DNA from: Alloascoidea hylecoeti
Taxonomy: Eukaryota
DNA: 64,000 nt
Assembly (NCBI GenBank): GCA_001600815.1
Contig: BCKZ01000009.1
Span: forward strand, 584,194 to 648,193
Reading direction: 5' to 3'
Below the pieces are notes generated by a model, which searched no databases, was not told where the DNA came from, and saw only the letters and a program-made list of their open reading frames with translations. The position numbers were made by a program, and so were the translations under genes. Position 1 is the first letter of the stretch. The number at the start of each line of letters is the position of its first letter. Positions 26,507 to 38,713 of the stretch are shown here, in pieces.

Positions 26507-27226
26507 ATGTGTTTCTCAAACTGTTTCGGTTGATATAAGCCCAGAGACCAGAGATTACATAGTTACTATCGATTGATGCCCATATGACAAAAGTCATCGG
26601 TGCGATGTGGGGAATCTTCGAATATCCTGATTTGCTGCCCGAGATTACGCATCGGCACAAACCACGGAGTACCAATGAAGAGTATTATATTGTACGGGAA
26701 TTGGAAGGATCTGGTCTGTTTTACTATAAGAGGAATTTATTGGAGAAAGGCAGTTAATCTAAAAAGTCTCCAGGATTTTTTTTCTTTAGCTACTAAACTC
26801 AACCACCGAACAGGAAATGATTTCCTATATTGTACAAACACTCAAAAGAAGGTATATCAAACAAAACAATTTAACAACCGGGTAGTAGACTTTCCCAAAC
26901 ATTGCAGTTATTCCTGTCGACATCGCTCCAGATATTCTTGCTTCCACTATCGGTGTGATGTGAATAGACTATTGATGATGGAAATGATTTACTATCTCAA
27001 AGAATTATTCCTGGAGTTGTTATGTCAAGTTCAAGAAAATTGAATCATTATCAGAAAAAGCAGCTTTCGAGGAGGAGATTCTAACTGATGAGGTTCAAAA
27101 GGTAGTTCCAAAATTCTACCCTTATTGTTATATACAGGCTCAATAGCCATCAATCTAGGAATATTTCCTTTTTCAAATGGATTAATTTCTTATACATCTT
27201 CAGATGATGATGATTTATTGAACTAA
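26507..27226 (+). pseudogene. Decayed coding-like sequence of unknown family
   Basis: GC-richer than its flanks; protein-like stretches in alternating frames (IDAHMTKVIGAMWGIFEYPDLLPE; FPNIAVIPVDIAPDILASTIGVM; IESLSEKAAFEEEILTDEVQKVVPKF) interrupted by stops and frameshifts. Confidence 0.4.
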
Positions 27227-27833
27227 AACTTAAATTTAATTAGATTAATAAATTTTCTGTAATACCTCTAAATTTGCAATTGTTACATATTCAATATACC
27301 AAAAATAAAACTATTTGTATATGTATCATAGTAACAATTTTGTAGACATAAGAGAGATTCAAATTCAAACAGGTGGAAAGAGTGCCGAAATTTTATGAGA
27401 ATGGGGGAGTACTAGACAATTATAACGGGTATTAGATGAGAGAAATAACAGGACGTTGAATAGAAATTTAGAAAGCAATATTAATAATTGTGAAGAAATC
27501 ATGATTTCATATAAATATATCATAATATTAATTTCAATTGAGAACGAAATAGAAAAGCGTAATGTTAATACTGCTCCTATATACAGTGTGAGATATCAAA
27601 GATAATTATATATGTGAATATGAATAAATACAAAAAGTATGCACAATATGAGGTGGATCGCTCTGATATTAATTAATTGGTATAAAATTATTATCTACAA
27701 ATTGAAGATACTAAGATACATGGCCATGATCAGGAAAAAATACATTTCGGTGCATATTATATGATATTAAACTCTTCTTATTGAACAGGAAAGGTAATAA
27801 CAAGAAATATATAATGTGATATACAACATTAGT

Positions 27834-28541
27834 TTAACGATTAGATTTGGCGACACGTTCTAACTCATCCTTCTTCTTAATAGCATAAGAATTAGATGAA
27901 CCCTTGGCTGCATTAATCAATTCTTCGGCAAGACATTCTGCAATTGTTTTGATGTTTCTGAAAGAGGCTTCACGGGCACCAATAGTGAGTAGCGAAATAG
28001 ACTGGTTAACTCTTCTCAATGGGGAGACATCGACGGCTTGTCTTCTGACTGTACCACTTGATCCGATTCTTGTTGAGTCTTCTCTTGGACCTGTATTGAT
28101 AATAGCATCAACAACAATTTGTAATGGGTTTTGATCGGTTGTGATATTAATAATTTCCAAGGTGTGCTTTACAATTTTGACGGCCTTTAATTTTTTACCG
28201 TTGTTACGACCATTCATCATCAAAGAGTTTGTCAAACGTTCGATAATTGGGCACTGTGCTTTTCTGAAACGCTTAGCAGCATATCTTCCAGCAGAGTGGG
28301 ATGTGAAAACAGGCTGTCTAATTTGAATGTAGTCTGTAAGAGAAATGTCTTTGATAGTGACATCCTCAAAGGTCCATTCGTTGAACAATTTAACGCTTCC
28401 TGCAGCGGCCTTAACATCTTCTGGAAGAGTAGTAGCAAGTTGAACTTCTGGAAGTTGTTCTTCTTCAAATTCTTCGACTTCTTCGACTTCTTCGACTTCC
28501 TCGACTTGCTCGACAGGGGTGGTCTCTTCAATATCGGACAT
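27834..28541 (-). CDS. RPS5: 40S ribosomal protein S5 (uS7), intronless
   Basis: [28 protein letters not shown]...[10 protein letters not shown]; acidic VEE-repeat N-terminal extension. Confidence 0.98.
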   Translation of the reverse strand: MSDIEETTPVEQVEEVEEVEEVEEFEEEQLPEVQLATTLPEDVKAAAGSVKLFNEWTFEDVTIKDISLTDYIQIRQPVFTSHSAGRYAAKRFRKAQCPIIERLTNSLMMNGRNNGKKLKAVKIVKHTLEIINITTDQNPLQIVVDAIINTGPREDSTRIGSSGTVRRQAVDVSPLRRVNQSISLLTIGAREASFRNIKTIAECLAEELINAAKGSSNSYAIKKKDELERVAKSNR

Positions 28542-28589
28542 TTTGTTTGTTTGTTGGAACGGAAAGAAGCTCTGTTCTTCAAAGTGTAG

Positions 28590-28689
28590 TGCGTCGCGCT
28601 TCTCGTTGTGACTGCATTATACGAATTAGCCCTAATATATAACACGTGCTTTAATACACGTAACATCCGTACATCCGTACATATGTACG
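28590..28689. promoter_or_regulatory. RPS5 upstream element cluster
   Basis: GACGCA on the - strand (28590-28595), TGTGACTG (28607-28614), TAGCCCTAA (28627-28635), CACGTG (28643-28648), and two overlapping ACATCCGTACAT (28663-28674, 28671-28682). Confidence 0.7.
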
Positions 28690-28765
28690 CCATAGTTATT
28701 TGGTATATCGAATTATTTTATTTTTTAATACATGTATATACAAACGTTATTTACTTAAACTACTC

Positions 28766-30193
28766 TTATCTACTTCTTTGATCAATATCCCAAAAAAACA
28801 AGCCCATCCCAACATCAAGTAAGATAGAGAATAACCCACCGATAGGAAAAGCAATTGCTAATCTACCAGATTCTGCTAATCTACCAGTTAACAATGGCCC
28901 AATGCACCTCGCAAATGTCTTTACGATATTAACAATTCCAAGAACTTTTGTTAATTCATTTTTCTTCACCAAAGTTGTCATTAGCACTTGTCTTGGTACG
29001 ACATCCATTGTTGACAATGATGAATTTAAAAGTAAAAAAGTTAACGACAGTGGTAAAGAAGAAGTTGAAGATATCAAAGCTCGGAAAATATTGGATGGTG
29101 CATGAGTAAATATTGTCGCTTTAACTGGGCCTATCTTTTTTGTAAGATAAGAAGATGGAAGAGATGTGCAAGCATCGAGAATATTTGTACTAAAAAATAT
29201 TGTACCCAAAGCTCCTGCTGAAGCGTCAAATTTGATTTTAAAAAAGTAAACGACCCATGATTGGGGTATAACTCCATATCCCAAAGAATCTAAAAAGAAT
29301 AATATTGAAAGCCGAAATACAGTCCTTTTAGTTTCTGGACTGAGACCTAAAATTGGTACATTAATATTGTCTCTAATTTCTTGGGCAGTAGTATTTGTTC
29401 CAGTTACCGCTTCCGAACTCTTTTTTGGTAATAAAGCTTGGGTTTCATCGACTATGGGAGCTTCTCGTCTATCATATGTTGTAGATGATGAATAAACATA
29501 TGCATCTGAAATTGATGATTCTGTTGCCGTTATCACATTAATATTTGAATTCCCTTCGATCTCATTGTCTTCTGCGTCCAATTCACAATTCGCCGAGAGG
29601 AATAACATCGTAATAAATTTAATAGCGGCTATTGCGGAATATAATAAGAATATAAACCTATATGAATTGTCACTACTCCATGATCTATTTTGTAGAAGTT
29701 GTAATATCCATCCTCCGGATAGTGAGCCTATTGCCCCACCGATGGTCCCAGACAAGTTGTACCAGGCATAAACATCAGCACGCAATTCATATATTGTCAG
29801 GTGGGCAATAGCAGCTTCTTCAACAGATTTAAACGGACCAGTCTCATCACCACTAGGAGATATAACGCCAATTGTCGCAGCTATCAATAGAATCCAAAAA
29901 TTATCGCTGAAGTAGAAGATGAGACCACTAATAAACATCAAGAAAGCTCCCAGAAGCATAACGTTCCGCCTACCTATATTATCAGCATACCATGTGAGAT
30001 AGTAACTTATTGCGACATCGCCGACTAGAGTGAGAGTCATGAAAAGGCCAACTTGGGACTCCGAGACCGTTGGAAAAGCCGTGAGAAAAAGAGTTAGGAC
30101 TAGAGTCGTTTGACTATAGGCAATCATTCGCAAAAGCCGCGAAAGTATAAGAATGTAAACATCTAGAGAAATCGTTGAAACCGGCGGTAACAT
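28766..30193 (-). CDS. MFS transporter, YJR124C-like
   Basis: Multiple hydrophobic TM segments; GLFMTLTLVGDV, TWYADNIGRR and GVISPSGDETGPFKSVEEAAIAHL match the YJR124C family. Confidence 0.85.
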   Translation of the reverse strand: MLPPVSTISLDVYILILSRLLRMIAYSQTTLVLTLFLTAFPTVSESQVGLFMTLTLVGDVAISYYLTWYADNIGRRNVMLLGAFLMFISGLIFYFSDNFWILLIAATIGVISPSGDETGPFKSVEEAAIAHLTIYELRADVYAWYNLSGTIGGAIGSLSGGWILQLLQNRSWSSDNSYRFIFLLYSAIAAIKFITMLFLSANCELDAEDNEIEGNSNINVITATESSISDAYVYSSSTTYDRREAPIVDETQALLPKKSSEAVTGTNTTAQEIRDNINVPILGLSPETKRTVFRLSILFFLDSLGYGVIPQSWVVYFFKIKFDASAGALGTIFFSTNILDACTSLPSSYLTKKIGPVKATIFTHAPSNIFRALISSTSSLPLSLTFLLLNSSLSTMDVVPRQVLMTTLVKKNELTKVLGIVNIVKTFARCIGPLLTGRLAESGRLAIAFPIGGLFSILLDVGMGLFFWDIDQRSR

Positions 30194-30911
30194 TATCAGA
30201 AGTAAGAAACCCGAAGGTTATTAATGAAAAATCTGGAAAGAAGAGACTAATTTATTAATAGAAACTATAATCGAAAAATATTAAAACGCTCTAAACAGAA
30301 CCAAATGATAATTTTGAACTTTGAAATCTGGATATAAGGCCTTATTTTTATTAGAGATTACGAATTGAGAAATTAAATGATGCAATTTAAGAAATATCTG
30401 TCCAAACGACTCGAAAGAAAAAATTCTTTCGTCAAAGGGAAAAATATGAAAAAAAAAAAGCAGAAATCAAATATGCGGAAAACCATTAAAACACGATTTT
30501 CTCGACACAAACGCTAACAAATATTACGAAATTAGATATATATTAGTTATGTCTATTCGAGAAATATAATCTAAAAAAATTCTGTTGAAAGGAAATAAAA
30601 AACGGGTATAATAAGAGCAAGATGGGGTTTATTGATGCATGGTTATTATTATTGTCTTATAAGCTTTTAATAAGATACGGGATATTAATAAAATAATTTA
30701 TACCCAATCAACAAATACTATTATAATTAATGTTAATCATAATCAAATCCTGTGCTTTTTCATGATCAATAAAGCTTGAAGGTTTTCTGCTCATAATTGC
30801 AAGTCTACAATAGTAATCAATGCATATGCATGGCTATTTTTTTTTCACCCATACTAAAATTAAAATGTGACCTTTCTTGCCTTCTTGTAACTACTTCATT
30901 TTGCTACCTTC

Positions 30912-33900
30912 ATGAGTAATAAACAACGCCAGCTGCTGGTGAAAGATTCTATTTCTCCTGCTTCCAATGGCCCTATATCTCCATCAGTACCAGAAGTTAA
31001 AACAGAGAAGAAATATTATAAGGATACCGCAGTCCATGGTAAACCAAAAAAGATCGCATGTGTAGAATGTCGACAGCAGAAAGTAAGATCATCAAGTACT
31101 TAAGGGTTGCTCTAGCCTTGTATAAAAAGTTTTAACCGAATAATTAATAACTAGGCTAAATGCGATTCTCATGAAAAATATCCAAATCCATGCTCCCGAT
31201 GTCAGCGGAAAGCAATACATTGTGAAATACACACAGGCTTTAAAAGAACTTATAAGAGAGCGTATGTTATAATAAAATATGATATATTGAAGAAATAAAA
31301 ATCGTATAAAATTTATTTCCTAACTTATTCTACCATATATAGCCGAATAGCAGAGATCGAAAAAGAAGTTCATGATCTACGAAAGACTCTATCAAATTCA
31401 GCTGAGTTTCTTCAACTCCAACAGCAACAACAGGCAAGACAACTTTTTCAAGCACAAACACAAACACAAACACAAACACAAACACAAACACAAACACAAA
31501 CACAAACACAAACACAAACACAAACAGGCCCTCTTTTTTTACAATTACCGGCTCCAGTATCATCCAAAGACTCACAATCCCCAGTACCTTATCAGATAAT
31601 ACCAGATCACACCACTTTAATCTCATCACAATATTCACCCACGATTCCAATATCATCTTCTCAAAGTACTAAATCTTCCAACCAGTATTCCTTATTGCCA
31701 CAAGGTAGTTATCTAGCGGACAAGCCAGCTCCAGAAGCTTGGTCCCATCCTCAGCATCAACCTCAGTTTCAAACACAAACACAAACCCGATCAGTTATTC
31801 CCAGTACCCCTCTTACTCAACTTTCGCCCAGTCAATTTGAACTACAAACACCAATATCTTATGCGTGTACACCAAAGACGCTAGGCGAAGTTACACTGTC
31901 CTCCGAGCAAATTGAAGAACTGTTTCGTGAATATGCTACAAAGTATTATCCTTTATGGCCGTTAGTTAATATGACAAAAGGCCCAGAAAAAATATATCAA
32001 CAATGTCCATTATTATTTTGGACGATTATTTCTATAGCTTCAAGACGATACAAAAGGGACGAATGGTTGATGCGAAAGCTTGTCCCGTTAATAAAATCAT
32101 GCTTAGCTGAAATCGCAATAGCTCCCATAACACGGTTTGAGTCAAATGAAGTTAATACTCCAATTTTAAATGTAGCCTCAGTCTACTCTGTACAAGCTTT
32201 ATTAATTTATACTATTTGGCCCCCGGTTACATCATCATTGAGTGCTGATTCTTCATGGAATACCATAGGAATAGCCATATTTCAAGCAATGAGAATTGGT
32301 CTTCATTGTCCTGGATTCACGAATGACCCACAATCTACCGATAAATCTGATATTAATACTGATCGCCTAGAAAATATTTCGGAACAAGTCAAGACTTGGA
32401 CTTGCTGCAATATAATTGCACAAAATATAGGTAGTGTCTTTGGCTTCCCTTCATTTGCTACGTTTGATCCCATTATAGTGAATGCTTGCCGACCACATTC
32501 AAATTATCATATACCATTACCTGTCAAACAAATAATGGAGATTGCTAAATTAGAAGATCAAATCACAAAAACTATGAATTCAAACCCGAGAGATCAATTA
32601 CAATTATGTGAACCATCAGAGAGATTATCTTTAATTCAAATCTTATCGCAACAATTACATGATTTAGAAATGAATCAATCACTTGCGATTGCAGATACAA
32701 ATAATAAGAATGGTGAATATTACTTTGAAAGTCATAGAAAATTTAGAATAAATGCTGCAAGAGTTCATTTATACACATATTACTGCCTTGATAACAATAA
32801 GTTCAGTCCAATTGATTTAAAACGAGGGTTAGTTCAATTATATAATGCATCACTAGCATTAATATCCCACGTTTCTGAAGCCCAGACGAAAAATGAAGAT
32901 TTCATGAGATATTTACCAGGTGTTAATGTAATAACGATCTGGCAAACCTCATTTATAATTGCTAAATTATCTCACTCTGGTCTTGAATTCTTAGATGTAG
33001 AAAAAGGTAAACAATTGTATGCTATAGCTATAGATTGTGTTGCGAAGGCATCAATTCTAAAACACGATATGGCATATAGAGCTTCAGGGTTAATGAAAAA
33101 TATGTGGCAATTGTTCCATGTTTTGCAACAACAACAAAAAACAACACTAACAACCCAAATTAGAACAAGAATGGCAGCTAGTGTTTTCTTTGATTGTCTA
33201 TGGATTTTACGGGAGCAGGCCGGTATGATTAAATTAGCCCCTAGGGGATTACTAAGCTTAAATGATGAGCAGGCAATTGATGATGATGATGACAGTAGCG
33301 AGGATAATGGTAAGACACCTAACCCCCGTAAAATGAAAAGATCTCTTTCAAATGTTAAGAATCCAGGATCAGCAGTAAGGAGAATTATACAAACTATTCC
33401 ATTAGATCCTCAACCAATTTCGTTATCTGGTGATGGAGAATCATCTTTGTCAAACGCTTCTAGTCCCGCTTCGAATAGTACAAATGGAGGACATATCCAA
33501 CTTCCTGGATTTCTCTCTGCCATTATTAATAGATCGCCAGAAAATACAAGTAGTAGTTCCATTGCTTCAAATTCTCCCAGAGGGGCATCTGACCCCGTGA
33601 AAACAACAAAAGAAAAATCTCGACATCAGTCAGCAGAAACTTCAAACAGTGAGAATCAAAATGGAAGAATCTCACCAGCTAAAAATATAAACAGAAAAAG
33701 AAAGTTTCTCGAAACGAGGGCAAAAAATACGAATATAATGTCTCCTCCCACCCGTGGATCAATGGGTATGGCAAAACAAACAACAAGCCTCAGTAATAAC
33801 CAGCAACTTTATACCTCACAATCACCATCTATGAACCCTTCAGTCCAAGGACAATATTCTAATATAGGAGGTCAACCTATGAACCAAATTCAGCAAGAAC

Positions 33901-34076
33901 AATACATTCCTCCAAATTCAGTTGCCGCTCCTAACTCATTTAATACAACCGCGATGAGTAATGATTTCACTACCGCTGGAAATGCAGATTTTTGGCCTGG
34001 TTTAGATTGGGATTGCGATACCATTTGGAAGAATATAGATAGTGTAATGAATGGGTTTGGATTTCGTGTGGACTAA
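30912..34076 (+). CDS. LEU3: Zn(II)2Cys6 regulator of branched-chain amino acid biosynthesis, 3 exons
   Basis: Introns 31083-31154 and 31262-31342 rebuild ACVECRQQKAKCDSHEKYPNPCSRCQRKAIHC...FKRTYKRAR. Leu3 motifs SILKHDMAYRASG, SVFFDCL, TIPLDP and the C-terminal activation segment are present. Confidence 0.92.
31455..31526 (+). repeat. (CAAACA)x12 microsatellite encoding (QT)12 in Leu3
   Basis: Perfect hexamer repeat, in frame with LEU3 exon 3. Confidence 0.92.
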
Positions 34077-34421
34077 AACTAAATCATATTCCACAACGTA
34101 ATTAACATATATGTTTGATTTTTATTCGCTAAGCTCCGAGCATCTGTATATATAGAAACGAGAGCTGCAAACTAATATATATATATATTATCTTATATGT
34201 AATTATTTTATTCCAGAAATAAAGTGGACAGTATCCATCTCAAGAGTCACGTTTAGGGGTGGTTCATCCTTCCCCTTATGCGACTCAGATTCCATAATCA
34301 CCATATAATGTTGCGTAAATACAGTCACACACAGTATAACTGAGAACGTTCTTTTTTCTGAAATTGGATGAAAAATTCGATCTCACAAAAAGCGTCATTA
34401 CTTCAAGTCATAAAATACAAA

Positions 34422-36049
34422 ATGTCAGATTTACAAGACGCAACCCCCGATATTGTGATCAACGGTAACTTCAACGAGGAAGATCTATATGAGCACGATG
34501 ATCACAGTGCTGATGAAGCTGAAGCTCATGAAGAAGAGAAGAAAACAGTTACTTTTGCAGGATTGGAAGATGATGGTGTCGCTGCTAAGGAAGAGAGAGA
34601 ACGGGAATTCGAAGAAGGTGGTGGTCTTCCTGAACAGCCAGACAATCCAGACTTTTCAAAATTGACACCAATTAGTCCTGAGATTATTAATAGGTAAGAT
34701 TTAAAATTAACGGAATCCCCTCCATGAATGACTCTAACATTCGTATTAGACAAGCTACGATCAATATTGGTACGATTGGTCATGTAGCCCACGGTAAAAG
34801 TACCGTCGTTAAAGCAATATCTGGTGTTCAAACTGTTAGATTTAAGGATGAATTAGAGAGAAATATCACAATTAAGCTTGGTTACGCTAATGCTAAGATT
34901 TACAAAGTAGATGATCCAAACTGCCCTGAACCAGACTGCTATAAATCATTCCCATCTGATAGAGAAGTATCTCCTAAATGTGAACTTCCTGGATTTGAAA
35001 AGGCCCGATACAAGTTGGTCCGACATGTTTCCTTCGTTGATTGTCCTGGTCACGATATTTTAATGAGTACAATGTTGTCAGGAGCAGCTGTTATGGATGC
35101 TGCTCTATTGTTAATTGCTGGTAATGAATCATGCCCTCAACCCCAGACTAGTGAACATTTAGCAGCTATAGAAATTATGAAATTAAAACATATTATCATA
35201 TTACAGAATAAGGTTGATTTAATGCGAGAAGAATCTGCTCTAGAACACCAGAAATCCATTTTGAAATTTATTCGCGGTACTTCTGCCGATGGTGCTCCTA
35301 TAGTTCCTATCTCAGCACAATTGAAATATAATATTGATGCTGTTAATCAGTTTATATCTACAAAGATTCCTATCCCTTTGCGTGATTTCTCTGCTAGTCC
35401 ACGGCTTATCGTCATCAGATCTTTTGATGTTAATAAACCAGGTGCGGAAATTGATGATCTCAAGGGAGGTGTTGCAGGTGGTTCTATTTTAACTGGTGTA
35501 TTCAAACTAGGAGACGAGATTGAGATTAGACCTGGTATTGTTACTAAAGATAACAATGGTAAGATTCAATGCAAATCTATTTTCTCTAGAATTGTCACTT
35601 TATTCGCAGAACATAACGATTTAAAATTTGCCGTTCCTGGTGGTTTGATTGGTGTTGGTACAAAAGTCGATCCTACATTGTGCCGTGCTGACCGTCTTGT
35701 CGGACAAGTTGTTGGTGCTAAAGGGCATTTACCTTCCGTTTATACAGACATAGAAATCAATTATTTCTTACTACGACGTCTTTTGGGAGTCAAAACTGAA
35801 GATAAGAAACAGGCTAAAGTTCGTAAGTTGGAATCAGGCGAAATTCTTATGGTGAATATTGGTTCTACTGCTACTGGTGCTAAAGTTATAGCTGTCAAGT
35901 CCGATATGGCTAGATTACAGTTGACTTCTCCTGCTTGTACTGAAATTGGTGAAAAGATTGCCTTATCTAGGCGTATCGAAAATCATTGGCGTTTAATTGG
36001 TTGGGCATCTATCAAAAAGGGAACAATTCTAGAATCATTACAATCATGA
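34422..36049 (+). CDS. GCD11: Translation initiation factor eIF2 gamma, 2 exons
   Basis: ATG at 34422 (MSDLQD...[11 protein letters not shown]). Intron 34694-34749 joins EIINR to [23 protein letters not shown] and NKVD GTPase motifs. Confidence 0.97.
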
Positions 36050-36273
36050 ATGTATTAGAAGTAGAAGAGAAAAAAGAAAAAAAATATTATAAAAATCTTC
36101 CTGTCATGTATTTTTGTAGCTTTTCCTTTTAAAATCTGTAATTGCCATATATTTATTCCAAATTGTATTTATATAAGAAAGCGCTAGCTGTGATTTAAGC
36201 TTCATATACTATTCTACCTACTCTACTAAGTTCCTATCAAGTTTACATCTGTATCTATATAATTATGCTAAGA

Positions 36274-38427
36274 TTATCGATGAATAGATTGTTGGTATAT
36301 CTCCGACGTTAAAAACTTTGGTAGTGAATCAATCTTCATCAATTTGTAAATATAATTTTTGGCATTATTGAAAGGCTCTGTGATGGCTTCAAGAAATTCA
36401 ATTTCTAAGGTAAGATCCTCTTCATAAGTATTAGATCCAGTTTGTTTACTAAAAGAAGCATCCTTAAGGTCCTCATGCTTCGTTTTTGTGGTGCCTATTG
36501 TTGCAGATTTCTCCAAGATCCGCCTTCCTTCAGGATATATATTCAAATTTGGATCAATTATTTGGAATGATTTTACAAGTGGTTTGTCTGGTGAATATAC
36601 TTTAGCTGGATATGTAATAAATGTGTCTACCATATTATTATCTTTATTGTGCGATTTGCTTTTCTTGGATTGCATTATTATATGGTCAATATTCTTTTTC
36701 AACTCATAATCAATATTTAATTCGGAGGGGGAACCTGACGCAAGGAATGTCCCATAGATGTTGAAAACAAGAGAATGAGTTTTATTAACTGCCTTATCTA
36801 TGCTTTTTTTCTTTTCCATTATTTTATCTACCGTCTCACTATTGTAGTGCTTTTTCAGTTCCTTCTTATCATGTTCTCGATCATTTATCATAGTGATTAA
36901 GTGATTCATATAATTGGAAAACTTTTGAAACTCTAAGTATCCTTCTAAATTCTCAAGGCAAAATTCTTTTTGTAAATGTGATTTGAAAAGGAACTTCATA
37001 CCAGGATCTAATAGAATCTCATCGAGACTCAAACTTAAGTCGGCTGATTTATCAGGGTCTACGTTTAATGAGTTCACTGCTGTGGTTGACATTGAATCAT
37101 CTAGAGAATTCAGTTCTTCAAATGTCTGGTCATTGACATTAAGAGTTGCATTGTTATGATCGATGTTGTGCACATCTGTCACCTTTCCGTTTATATTATG
37201 AGTAATATCTGGAGGTGGAGATCTTTTTGTGCCTTTTATTATTGGATTTTCACCGACAATTTCTTTGATATCATCTAACCAAGGTGTTATATCGAGTCCT
37301 TTAGCGGTCAATGTATATAACACATCCTTTGAGGGCACAAAGTGACAAGACTTACTGCCAGAAACTGGCTTGGGGATTGGTGTAATCAGATCATATTTTA
37401 AGGTAAGGAAAAAACTAGCCAAATCAATTGCTTCCTGTCGATTTAAAATATTTGTACAATCCATTAACCATTGGAAAATGGACTTTCCGGTAAATGAAAA
37501 CGTAACCTCCCCTATTGTCTCATCTTCAAAATCTTTATTTTTGAAGATTCTAATACCTTTATTGGAAATAAAGTACTGAGATAGTGAGTCTGAATCAGGA
37601 TGACTGCAATAAGAAAGATAGTAAGGAGATTCCATAGTTTTTTGAGAATTAGTTGGTAGCTTCAATGAAAATAACTGTTTCTGCTGAATTCCATCCTTTT
37701 TTATAGTTGATGACTGTTGTTCTTTAATAGTCATAATACCCGAAACTAGCCTTCTGTCGATTCTTCGTGGGATTGGATCTGGTGGACTGGTAGGTGTATA
37801 AACGTTTGGATAAGTGCCCATTAATCTTTTGAATAACACAGCGAATAATAGATTTTCTGAATACACAATCTTGTCATTTTTCTCATTACGCTCCAATGTG
37901 ATCAAATCCATAGAATTGAAAGGAGAATTAAGAATATCTGGTAGATTTGTTTCTTTAATACCCATCGAATCACAGAACTTTTGGAGCATGGCAACACCTT
38001 TGGCAGTTGGCTGTAAAAGAACTTGATCTTTTGGCTCCACTCTTGTGCGATCCACTGGACTATGAATTAAGTGAGAAGACATGAATCTTATCAATAAACC
38101 TTTTCCTAGTAATGGCTTCACTCCACATGACATGATTTTGGTGGTCTTCTGAGATCCAACTTCAACCTTCATGTTCATCATATGCTCTATTGCCGTTTCG
38201 GGTAAAAAGGAATATGGATAATACTTGTTGCTGAATAAAATACTTTTCCTTTTCGGTGGCTGATCTTTTAAATCCAAAGATACCATTAACATGGCAAATA
38301 TGTCTGTCAATTCCTTCAATACAATCTTAGAATATGCTTTATTATATAGTGCATTAAATAAACATACCTCGCTAGAGAACTTGCCATGCTTGGTGTTTGG
38401 TTTTCCTGCATGTGTTTCGTGGTCCAT
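36274..38427 (-). CDS. SST2: DEP + RGS regulator of G-protein signalling (Sst2/FlbA family)
   Basis: First ATG at 38427. YPYSF, QPTAKGVAML, FSFTGKSIFQWLMDCT (DEP); DPGMKFLFKSHLQKEFCLENL, FLASGSPSELNID, LMKIDSLPKFL (RGS). Confidence 0.8.
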   Translation of the reverse strand: MDHETHAGKPNTKHGKFSSEVCLFNALYNKAYSKIVLKELTDIFAMLMVSLDLKDQPPKRKSILFSNKYYPYSFLPETAIEHMMNMKVEVGSQKTTKIMSCGVKPLLGKGLLIRFMSSHLIHSPVDRTRVEPKDQVLLQPTAKGVAMLQKFCDSMGIKETNLPDILNSPFNSMDLITLERNEKNDKIVYSENLLFAVLFKRLMGTYPNVYTPTSPPDPIPRRIDRRLVSGIMTIKEQQSSTIKKDGIQQKQLFSLKLPTNSQKTMESPYYLSYCSHPDSDSLSQYFISNKGIRIFKNKDFEDETIGEVTFSFTGKSIFQWLMDCTNILNRQEAIDLASFFLTLKYDLITPIPKPVSGSKSCHFVPSKDVLYTLTAKGLDITPWLDDIKEIVGENPIIKGTKRSPPPDITHNINGKVTDVHNIDHNNATLNVNDQTFEELNSLDDSMSTTAVNSLNVDPDKSADLSLSLDEILLDPGMKFLFKSHLQKEFCLENLEGYLEFQKFSNYMNHLITMINDREHDKKELKKHYNSETVDKIMEKKKSIDKAVNKTHSLVFNIYGTFLASGSPSELNIDYELKKNIDHIIMQSKKSKSHNKDNNMVDTFITYPAKVYSPDKPLVKSFQIIDPNLNIYPEGRRILEKSATIGTTKTKHEDLKDASFSKQTGSNTYEEDLTLEIEFLEAITEPFNNAKNYIYKLMKIDSLPKFLTSEIYQQSIHR

Positions 38428-38713
38428 TATTTCAGATTTCAAATTTAATATCTTTTCCTTTTATAAGTAAAAATAAAAAAATATCATTCCCCAGAAATCT
38501 TAGTTGTTACTAGAAGTTTTGAAATATGGAGGAAACTGAACTTCTTAAGGATAAATTTAACATTGGATTGGAAGTCATTTTAATATGCAAGTGGACGTTT
38601 TTAGAATAATACCTTTCATTAACAACCCGATTTAGAAAACAAAAAGAACTTTAATTATAAAATATAGTATAATATGATGAAATTTATATTAAATGAAATT
38701 CGTGTCGATAGAA

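Noticed and set aside
30412..30431. Perfect 8-bp hairpin CGAAAGAA/TTCTTTCG (similar one at 9771-9793)
   Set aside because: Short inverted repeats of this size are expected by chance and have no supporting context.
31330..31656. (KH)n and (FV)n repeat ORFs
   Set aside because: Alternative-frame and antisense readings of the Leu3 (CAAACA)12 repeat.
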